Positions 34,901-43,945 of a stretch of 64,000 nt of DNA are shown here, piece by piece (positions within the stretch are counted from its first letter, which is position 1; each line of letters starts with the position of its first letter). Source of the stretch: Antedon mediterranea (lineage: Eukaryota > Animalia > Echinodermata); contig NC_092674.1 in assembly GCF_964355755.1 (NCBI RefSeq), positions 7,440,001-7,504,000 on the forward strand, in the 5' to 3' direction. A model generated the notes under the pieces. That model had not been told where the DNA came from. It made no database searches and saw nothing but the letters and a program-made list of their open reading frames with translations. The position numbers and the translations under genes were made by a program.

Positions 34901-37900
34901 AATGCTAGCTATTTGTTTTTCACTTGAAAGGTTTAACAACTATGTCTACGGACGTTCAGTTACGATCCAGTCTGATCACAAACCTCTTGAGTCAATTACA
35001 AAGAAACCAATTCACAAGGCGAGTCCCAGACTACAGCAGATGATGCTACGACTATTAAAATATGATATAAATGTCACATATGTTCCAGGTCGTGAAATGT
35101 ATATCGCAGACGCACTGAGCAGAGCGGTTCCGATGGAAACTGTCACAAATGATCCTGAAATTCTACAATATCGTATACATGCCGTACATGAGCTGTTGAG
35201 TATGAGTAAAGCTAGAATAACGGAAATACAACAAGCAACTAACGAGGACGAGACACTAAAGGAACTATCGAAACAGTGCCATATTGGCTGGCCTGAGCGA
35301 CGTCAGTCAGTCAGCGTAAAGATAAGACAATTTTTGCCGATGCGTGACGAAATTTATGAACACGAGGGACTAATGTTTATTGGGCAGAAATTGATAGTAC
35401 CAGAAAGCAAACGAGAATTCATACTTAACCGCATTCATGATGGTCATTTAGGAATAGAGAAATCCAAGGCCAGAGCCAGAGAGTTGTTGTACTGGCCCGG
35501 TATCACCAATGCTATTCATGACATGGTATCAAGATGTACGACATGTGCGAAGTACAAACGGAAAAATCAACGTGAACCAATGATACCTCACGAAATACCT
35601 GAAATACCCTTTTATAAAGTTGGGGCAGACATTTTCAACTTTGGAGGAAATGACCACTTAGTAGTTGTAGATTATTATTCAAAATATTCCGAAGTCGTCA
35701 CGCTACGCAACAAAACTGGCAAAGAAGTAATCGGCAGGCTAAAAACGATTTTCGCGAGACATGGCATTCCAGCAACATTTGTAAGCGACAACATGCCTTT
35801 CGCAAGTTTTGAAATGAAAGATTTCGCTAAATCATGGGGGATAGAACTAATCACATCGAGCCCCACCTATGCACAAAGCAATGGTCAAGCTGAACGGTGC
35901 ATACAGACAGTCAAGCAATTGTTAAGGAAAGCCGCTGATGACTTTCACGGAGACTTTCATTTAGCTTTACTCGCTTATCGAGATGCGCCATTGGGAGGTA
36001 TCGGCAAATCTCCAGCACAGTTGCTGATGAACAGAAGGCTTAGAACACGAATTCCTATCGCACGCGAGCAACTTAAGCCTACACTGATTCCAGACGCACA
36101 TAATTCGTTGATCGTTAGACAAGACAAACAGGCGGAATATTACAATCGTGGAACGCGAACGCTACAATCACTGAAAGGAAACGAGATAGTCCGTCTCAAC
36201 AAAGGCCGAGAATGGGTCCCCGCGAAAGTGTTATCTGAACATGTTACCCCGAGATCATATATGGTCGCTACGCAAAACGGACAAGTGTACAGACGCAATC
36301 GCCGACAATTAAATCAATCACATGAAGAAGATATTAATGTTGAAGGGGAAGTGGATGAAACTCCTATCGAAACTCCGCCGAGGACACCTGATCCTCAAAA
36401 GGAAGAGGTAGTAATCACCAGACCAAAGCGAAATAGACGTGTACCCAAACGTTTCGATAACTTCATAATGGACAAATACTAATTAAAAGACTCATTGTTC
36501 ATAATTTCTCTGCCAGATGTCCATGTTTTATTATACCCAAATGTTTACATCATCATAGTTTAATTGTTTCATTAAGAGTTTGATATTTTGATTACGATTG
36601 TTGTTAATGTTTAAGAAAAAGGGAGATGTCACATATCTATCTATATCAAATATATGTGTGTGTATGACGTCACAGTCTGGAGTTCCCAGCATGCTTTGAA
36701 TAAAGTTAGACTCTCTCTCATTGATCTCATTATAGTCGTCTGTCATTTTATTTCTTGCAACTAATAATTGCAATATATACGTTTAACAACGTCACAGTAG
36801 TGATGTGACATCATAATTTCCATTATGTTTTCCTTTTCCAAATTGTTATGTTTTGTTTTTTGGACCGCTGCACGGCATGTTGTGAGTGCCACCGATCCAA
36901 AGGTAAATGGGTCAACAAATAAATAAATAAATAAAGTATGTACTGTACCAAGTGCAGATCCAGCGGGCTAGCTAAAAATTATGAAGTACTGTACTATTTT
37001 TTGTTTAAAACAATTCTGGATCTGCACCTGTGTTTAATTAAATTAGTTCATTTACAAAATATGTCAACCTTTCGTTTTTCTGTTTATTCAGACCATACCT
37101 AGGACCTCAGTTGTATCGTGTGATTGGAGTTGGATTTTTATTCTTTGTGCTAAGCTTAATTGAAGCTTGTTTGCGTGTACAAGGCGTAAGTTAATTAATT
37201 TTAGAATCTTTATTTTATATTATAAGATAGATTTATTTCTTTATGAACCTTATAATAATTTTTTATTTTCTTTGAATGAAAAAAGATTTAGTGGTTTAAA
37301 AAAAAAAGAAAATAAAAATGATAAAACTTGGTTCACACTAGGACGAAATATAAGTAATTTTACCAATTTGCAAGTGATTTATTATTTGAACTGTCAATTT
37401 TTAAATGGCCTGCGTTGAATCTACGTCATTGCGTTGCATCATAGTGGGAACCAAGCTTTATACTAGGACGATAATGATTAACAATAACTAGATAAATATG
37501 CATTTTTCCTACATAAAGAAGAAGAATTTCTTTTGTTTTCTGTAGAAAAATGTATGTTTTATAGTTATCAACCGTTATCGATCTAGTATAAATGGGCATT
37601 TAGCCTAACCAAAATGTCTAGTTTTGATTGAAAAGTGGTTTAATAAAACATTGTTGTTAATTGATTGTTATTAATTGATCTGAATTTGCACATTTTTATT
37701 ATTTATTTATTTAATTTATTTATTTTATTAATTAATTTAATTAATTTAATTAATTTAATTAATTTAATTAATTTAATTAATTTAATTAATTTAATTAATT
37801 TAATTAATTTATTAATTTAATTAATTTAATTAATTTAATTAATTTAATTAATTTAATTTATTTAATTTATTTAATTTATTTAATTTATTTAATTTATTTA

Positions 37901-40900
37901 ATTTATTTATTATTTGTCAATTTTTCTAGAGTTTACAGCAAGACCTTGTGGCAATTATACCTCCTGCTCTTCTTGATTCATTTATTTTTAGCTGGATATC
38001 CTTTTATTTAATTTTACTAACATACAGTACAAACTATCATTTTCAAATTCGTGGAAAGGTACAAATAATGGCATGAGGTGAATGATGAAAGGTTATATTT
38101 CAACGAGGGAAAGCCGATTTTGAATATAATATAATATGACTTGAAATATAACCTGACTTCCTTCAGTCAATTTGAATTTTCAATTTTTTTTGCTCTAAAT
38201 TACAGTTTTTTCAGTTAATTAATTGTTTTCTTTTAATCCAATTTTTGGTCAAAATGAATAATTATTATGTGAAATTAAAAAGCAATATTCAGAAAAAACA
38301 TTTATAAATAAATTATTTTTTTGATTGTCAATCATTATCATCCTAGTATAAATGAGTTGGATTTGAAATACTAAATCATTTTGAGATTCCAGTTTTGGTC
38401 AAGAAAAATCCTAGTCAATTACTTGATCCGAATTTTATTTTATAAAATAAATTTGTATTTTCTACTGTAGAGCCTTGTGACAAGTGTTCCTCTTGCTTTT
38501 CTTAATATTTTTATCCTTTGCTGGATATCCTTTTGACAATTTTACTATTTTTATGAACTATCGTTCCCAGACACACACTTCTTCATATGGTGAACTGGGA
38601 CAAAAGCGTAGAGGCAAAGGTTTTTCAGTTTTAAATGAATGTTGTATACGTTTCTTTATCACATACAACATAACAACCCTCTGTCATACACCGCTTTCAT
38701 ATGCAAATGAGTGTGAATATTAGCTATAAAACCCTGTATTTTCACAATATCTCTTAAACTAATATTCCATTCAGTACAATTTTTGTGGCAAACCGTATAT
38801 TTCGATACCTACAGTAATCGATACATTTATAGTAAAATGCTAAGCATTTTCAATGACCAATTATCATGCATGTATAACAGATGAATAAGCAATTTTAGCT
38901 ACGCTTAAATAATTTTTTTCAAAAATTCACTTTTTCTTCAATTTTACCATTTAGTTAACTACAGCATAGTAGAATAGAGTATGTTAATTATAAGACTCGA
39001 TATTAAGTGAATTAATGTCCTTACATATATATTCACATTGTTAAAAACATGAGGAACACAAGAAAAATATTGCTACGCCGTAACCTTGCCAAGTTCTCCT
39101 TGTACCGCCATTTTACCAACTGTTTTGTTTTCAACATCGTTGCATCCATTGTTTTCATGGTATGGTCTATGAAGGAGCATAAAGCATCTGTTTGTGTCAC
39201 TGTAAGTGTTTATATTTGATATTTCACTAGCATTATTAGGTTAAGAGAAGTAATAATATTTTGAGTGAGTGGCCGAGTGGTTAAGTAAGACAGTGGAACC
39301 ATAATTACATAGCCTTAACATCTGCATTTGTTTGAGGCTCAATTGCTCCTGGTTCCGGTGGTAGAACGAGTCTTCTCGGATTAGTACTAAAAACCGTAGG
39401 TCTAGTGTACACATCCACAGTAGCTCATGTACAGGTACACTTTAAAGAACCTAGTACATCTTTCAAGATGAGTAGGGGGTTACAGTACCCCAGTTTACTA
39501 GTACACACACAGCCACTGTGTAATTGGGACTGGACCGTTTTAGAGGTGTTTATCACCTTCACTAATGTACATCTTAGTGAGAAGTTGAATAAATAAAAAA
39601 GAAGAAAACAATGATTTTTACCTAATATAATAACTCTACAGTTACAAAACTGAACTCTAAGCATATCTCTCCACGAGTAAAATTTATGAAGATGAGTAAA
39701 ATTTATAAACCGTAGGTCCAGTGTACAAATCTTTTGCAAACAAACATCTTTCACACCTGGTCCGACTCTGGCAAATTAATTTGCATCTCAATGTTTAGTT
39801 TTCATCTATGTACCGATCCTTTTACTTAAGCGCTTAGCCGTGTGATGTTATAGACGAAAACTCGCTAATGCTGTATGCGCAATACCTGAACTGGAGCCAT
39901 AGCCAGACCGGAGCAGGTGTAAAAGACCATTACCCTGGTGTGTTTTCATGACCCTTCTATGTTATGGCCCTATGCCCCAGTTGAGGATGAATCAGATTTA
40001 TTTTTAAACTAGCAATATACTGTACCAATCTACATGTTAATACCATTTAATACTTTAACAATACTGGTTGTGGATTTGTAATAGTTGTTTTTCTGCTTAT
40101 TACATTTTTTTGTGGTAATTTTAGAAATGGAAAACGGTTTGGTTAGATGATGCATTCTGGCATATTCTATTTTACAACATGTTGGTTGTAATCATTATTT
40201 TGTCCAGCAACCAACATTATGCTTACTTACCACTTACTGATAATCTTGATGGCGATGATGAGAAAGAGGATACTATGATCCCAGACTCATTTGGTATGTT
40301 TAAAATCCTAAAGCTCTGTCTACACTAGTTCGACAAAACAGTGTGATGTGCCCAAATATGGTAGTGATATGCCAAAATATGGTAGTGATATGACATCATC
40401 ATGTCCATGGCACATCACATTTTTTTTCGCATAGAGTTTGATAGTGTAGAGCTTTTACATTGGTAAAACCAAAATAGGTATCAAATTGGAAGCAATTCGT
40501 AGCATTTTTTTTCACTCCTAAATGTTTGCTTTCTGTCTCCACATTTACATTATTAATTAATTTGTTTTTTCAGAGGGCATGAAGATGCGTAATGTAAAAT
40601 ACTCAGATTCTGCAACAACTGAAGTCAAAGAAAATGTGTAAGTTAAATTTTTTCAATTTTTAATTGAAGTATAAAGCAATGAGATAGTTGTGTAACTATC
40701 CCACTGGCAACTGGTTTTTGAAAGAGTTGAGGTAAATCCGAGTTGTTAGGAAATAGGGGAATGGGCAAAGAAAAATTGATAAATAGCCATCAAAAGCTTT
40801 TTTTGGTATTTAAAAAAAAGTAAAGGATTGATTGTAGGCAACCTCTGTAGAGGATGGTTTAAACACAGCAACTACTCTTATACCCTCTTCACATCTGCAT

Positions 40901-41497
40901 AAATTGTTGTTGTTGTTACAACTTGTAACCGGGTTTGCAATCTCTTGATCACGGAAAAAAAGCGTAGTTGAGCGCTATTTGATTACTATGATTGGTCAGT
41001 TTAATACCAGGGTAATACACACATTCGCAGTAAGAACTCGGAACATCTAGGAACAATCTGAGGCCTCTCAATTTCATCAGTGTGTATTTTTCTCAAGATT
41101 TCACAGGGGACCTCTGTTTTTTCCACAAAATTGTACTCACAAACCTGGTAGTTACAACTTGTTACATTTTGCAGATGTGAAAAGGGTATAAATCACTTTT
41201 TTTTACACCATATTTAATGAGGGAGATCCATCCAGCAATTGCTGATCATTAGGGACCCTCAGAGGTTCACAAGACAAACATATACACAAGATGCTTGACA
41301 TAAACAAAGTCTTATTACAAGTCTTTGGGAGTGGAGTTGTAATTTTGTCCTTAGAAAAAATCCTGACATGAGACGGGACTTGAACCCAGGACCCTTGGAG
41401 TGGTAGCCAAACATCATAACCACCAAGCCACGTGGTATATATTTATACACATCATGGTATTTATTTCTTTTCTAGGACTGTTTTACCAGCATATTAG
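28918..41497 (+). CDS. TMEM87A: TMEM87-like (GOST / lung 7TM family) spliced gene; 5' part unresolved, possibly a degenerate paralog
   Basis: Phase-consistent exons: 28918-29005 ([13 protein letters not shown]), 29382-29443 ([12 protein letters not shown]), 30380-30500 (FYAVMC...WRDMLRVQF), 31625-31787 ([12 protein letters not shown]...[24 protein letters not shown]), 37092-37185 (KPYLG), either 37930-37995 or 38471-38524, 39037-39201 ([16 protein letters not shown]), 40125-40293 (WLDDAFW), 40574-40637 (EGMKMR), 41476-41497. Motifs match recalled TMEM87A/B. Confidence 0.9.
29024..29205. mobile_element. Tc1/mariner-type MITE (intronic)
   Basis: TA|CAGTCAACTCTCCCA...TGGGAGAGTTGACTG|TA. Confidence 0.85.
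29529..29975. repeat. 19-bp minisatellite
   Basis: More than 20 copies of AAATTTTACTCATGTTCAT. Confidence 0.95.
30520..30685 (-). mobile_element. SINE 3' part (same family as 39265)
   Basis: Reverse-complement match to 39431-39605. Confidence 0.7.
32081..32128 (-). other. 48-nt reverse-transcribed copy of the mature tRNA-Leu(CAA) 3' half (extended PBS)
   Basis: TGG-TGTCAGAAGTGGGATaCGAACCCACGCCTCCATTCGGAGACCAGA is the complement of CCA, acceptor stem, T arm, variable arm and 3' anticodon stem; single mismatch at 32099. Confidence 0.9.
32130..32707 (+). pseudogene. Gypsy reverse transcriptase, 5' part (interrupted)
   Basis: QHPPRRVP...[25 protein letters not shown]...DAYWQI...RLPFGL...ISDD; in frame with 34463 onward once the TTAA insertion is removed. 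Confidence 0.9.
32708..34458. mobile_element. Non-autonomous Kolobok-like transposon inserted in the RT gene
   Basis: TTAA|AGGGGGGTTCCGGGTTTAAAA...TTTTAAACCCAGAATCCCCCT|TTAA. Removing it restores [15 protein letters not shown]. Confidence 0.9.
34473..36482 (+). CDS. Gypsy Pol 3' part: RT thumb, RNase H, integrase
   Basis: 669-aa ORF with YLGH, CDAS, EKEMLA, HDGH...CTTC, VGADIF, SDN and NGQAER. Confidence 0.92.
   Translation: MTYLGHIISRDGVKPDNSKVKAIYDMPTPSCKSDLRRLMGMINYLSPFIPNMSTISAPMRELLKKEVAWSWEERHDQSLKNLQSLLSSEPVLKYFDPNKEVVIQCDASSFGLGSVLMQDGHPIRYSSRSLTSADMNYSQIEKEMLAICFSLERFNNYVYGRSVTIQSDHKPLESITKKPIHKASPRLQQMMLRLLKYDINVTYVPGREMYIADALSRAVPMETVTNDPEILQYRIHAVHELLSMSKARITEIQQATNEDETLKELSKQCHIGWPERRQSVSVKIRQFLPMRDEIYEHEGLMFIGQKLIVPESKREFILNRIHDGHLGIEKSKARARELLYWPGITNAIHDMVSRCTTCAKYKRKNQREPMIPHEIPEIPFYKVGADIFNFGGNDHLVVVDYYSKYSEVVTLRNKTGKEVIGRLKTIFARHGIPATFVSDNMPFASFEMKDFAKSWGIELITSSPTYAQSNGQAERCIQTVKQLLRKAADDFHGDFHLALLAYRDAPLGGIGKSPAQLLMNRRLRTRIPIAREQLKPTLIPDAHNSLIVRQDKQAEYYNRGTRTLQSLKGNEIVRLNKGREWVPAKVLSEHVTPRSYMVATQNGQVYRRNRRQLNQSHEEDINVEGEVDETPIETPPRTPDPQKEEVVITRPKRNRRVPKRFDNFIMDKY
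37695..37912. repeat. AT-only microsatellite (TTAATTAAT/ATTT) just upstream of alternative exon A
   Basis: About 220 bp of pure A/T, ending 18 nt before the acceptor at 37929. Confidence 0.95.
37930..37995 (+). other. TMEM87 alternative exon A (AG acceptor, U12 AT donor)
   Basis: [22 protein letters not shown], phase 0, followed by ATATCCTTT. Confidence 0.8.
38471..38524 (+). other. TMEM87 alternative exon B (AG acceptor, U12 AT donor)
   Basis: [18 protein letters not shown], phase 0, followed by ATATCCTTT. Confidence 0.8.
39018..39036 (+). promoter_or_regulatory. U12 branch point and AC 3' splice site
   Basis: TCCTTAC ~12 nt upstream of CAC|ATT; the downstream frame aligns with TMEM87 IFISL...LRRN. 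Confidence 0.75.
39265..39605 (+). mobile_element. tRNA-derived SINE (MetaSINE-like core)
   Basis: A box GTGGCCGAGTGGTTAA; core AAACCGTAGGTC...CACTTTAAAGAACC...GAGTAGGGGGTT; AATAAATAAAAAA tail. Confidence 0.7.
40879..41190. mobile_element. MITE (Harbinger-like)
   Basis: TATACCCTCTTCACATCTGCA...TGCAGATGTGAAAAGGGTATA. Confidence 0.75.
41365..41435 (-). mobile_element. tRNA-derived SINE head
   Basis: Minus strand has A box GTGGCTTGGTGG and B box GGTTCAAGTCCC. Confidence 0.55.
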
Positions 41498-41569
41498 GAT
41501 TTTGATGGAATGACACATACAAATGTGTAACACAGTCCGATGATTTGAAGATATATTAACGATTATTAA

Positions 41570-42649
41570 GGGTGTCACGAAACCTAAGACCACGAAAGCT
41601 CAGACCCACTAAGACCTAAGATCACGAAAGCTAAGACCCAACACCTAAGATTACAAATACTAAGATATACTACAGCTTAAAAACAATACTTGTTTATCCA
41701 TACATAATTTTAAACACAGTAGGTTTCATTTATTACCATAAATATAATTTAATACTACCGCAAAACATAGATAAACTCACATTATTTTCGCCCGTTGAGT
41801 AAATGTATATTTTTTCTTTACAACAAACAAACTTGACGGGTTGTTTGTTGGTATATATTTACTCCATTGTGTTGGTTCAGAGGATGTTTTTCTTACGCAC
41901 CTGCCTTTCTTGTATTTTGACTCCAAATTTGTTGACTAACTTTATCCTGAACACCACACTTTAAAATTAGGACTTATAAGTACTTTCAGAAGGAGAAACA
42001 CATAATAACAAATAAATAAATCCTTTAAATTGATGATTTTACAGATGTGTTTCTTTGTATACTGTAATGTAACTCCTCGAGCTCCCCATGCTCAATGTTT
42101 TTGTTTCTATGGAGCGCCAAAAGAGCAACAATAATAGTACAAGTATAAAAACAGAAAGAAAACGAAACAAAAAAACTTAACATGATTTTTAAATTAAAAT
42201 TTATTTGCCAGTATTTATTTCTTCGTACTTGCATGATTATACTATTATCATTACAATTTTAATTTTACATTGTTCCATCCACACTGTAGATGGACTCCAC
42301 AGAGTTTTCAGCCCTCTATATAATTTTTGCTCTTTTGACGTTCCATAGAAACAAAAACATTGAACATGGCCCATGGGGTAGGCCTAATGTACTGTAGGCT
42401 AGTCATTTTGTGTTCGAGAAAAATGTCTGTAAAATCATCAATTTAAAAATGTATTTGTTACTTTTTATGTGATTCTTTTTCATGAAAGTGCTAATTCTAA
42501 GGTGTGGTATTCAGAATAAATGTTGGGAGTTAAAATACAAGGCAGGTGCGAAAGATAAATATTTGTAATCTTAGGTCTTGGGTCTTAGCTTTCATGATCT
42601 TAGGTCTTAGGGGGTCTTCGCTTTCGTGGTCTTAGGTTTCGTGACACCC
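41570..42649. mobile_element. MuDR/Mutator-type non-autonomous element
   Basis: TIR GGGTGTCACGAAACCTAAGACCACGAAAGC with subrepeats, 10-bp TSD CGATTATTAA, further internal IRs. Confidence 0.88.
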
Positions 42650-42872
42650 CGATTATTAATGTATAGTTCAAATGACGTTTGTATTGTAGTTACATTTTGA
42701 ATTTGTGTAAGTGCCAAATCCAAGCTAGGTATACTGTGCTTGTGTTCACTGAAGGGTGTCAAGTGAACAGGTGACCAACCATATGGGTTATGCTAATGAG
42801 GGCATAGCTTGCTTGGGCTGTGGCTGGCAGTTGGATAGTTAGGCTTGTTGGGTAAGGACCTAGCAAGCACAA

Positions 42873-43009
42873 AAGGCTTATTTAGAAGCCTATAGAAGTG
42901 GTAGATGTACCAAGGCTTACTTAGAAGCCTATAGAAGTGGTAGATGTACCAAGGCTTACTTAGAAGCCTATAGAAGTGGTAGATGTACCAAGGCTTACTT
43001 AGAAGCCTA
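42873..43009. repeat. 39-bp tandem repeat, ~3.5 copies
   Basis: AAGGCTTACTTAGAAGCCTATAGAAGTGGTAGATGTACC. Confidence 0.92.
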
Positions 43010-43945
43010 AAGCTGCAGTACAGTAGTAATTTATATAGTGTATAGCTATAGCTGCACATGTTATCCAGGCATATCTTTGGTTAGCAATTGAGACTTATCT
43101 TATTATTATTATTATAGTTGTAATTATTTTAAACCAAGAATTATTTATATTGTATTGTTTGATCTATGACTTATTTAGATACTTATGTAAGGTCTATTAT
43201 TATTATTGTATAGAATTATTTATGTTGTACTGTATGATAGATACCGTATATATTATTTTGTAATCATTATTTATTTGTTATAGTAAATCGGATCAAGTCG
43301 GAGAACAATTAAATTCCGCATTTGCAAGAAACTTGTTTGTGCAGTTATAATTTGCAATAAGATATTAAAAAAATGTTTACACTTCTGCACCTGATAAAGC
43401 TACCTGTTATTTTTACTTGCCAATACTGTATTATGAAATAGTGCCTGGTGTATTTGAAGTTCAGTAGTGGCACCAGGTGCGCATTGCTATAAGCGGTCTA
43501 TAAACGGTCCTAGCGCTTAGCTGGTTATAATTCGTGACATAGCCAATACTCTTTATTATGACCATTGCTATACCACGGTTTAACCTGTAAGCAGTCTTTA
43601 AAATTAAAGCCCACTCGAAGGATTTTTTACTACAGTATAAAGCTTTCTTTTTGTTGCTTATACGTATTATTGATCGTGAAAGATTGAATGAGTTTTAAGT
43701 GTTAACGGTGATCATTCTTATTTAGGCCTAGAATAGATTTTCTCGCGTAGAAATGTATGTACTGTTGTGATTGTCAATTGAGCAAGCGTGACGAACACTA
43801 CCATATTTGGTATTTTTACGCGTAAAGTATGCCCTTTAATTTGTTACGGTACATGGTCTTAAGACTGTTTTATAGCAATGGTCTAACAGAGGTGGCTATA
43901 GTAAGGCCGTCTATCTGATAAAGCTGGCTTTAATCAGGGAGTTAA

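Larger units (their letters stand above)
31911..36796 (+). mobile_element. Ty3/Gypsy LTR element lacking gag and protease, in a TMEM87 intron
   Basis: 170-bp LTRs at 31911-32080 and 36627-36796 (one mismatch seen), TSD GTAGT, PPT AAGAAAAAGGGAGA, tRNA-Leu(CAA) PBS, RT-RH-IN coding sequence. Inserted inside a Harbinger-like MITE. Confidence 0.95.

Noticed and set aside
31866-36773. Duplicated short minus-strand ORFs (MQLLVARNK...)
   Set aside because: The same sequence read in the two LTRs.
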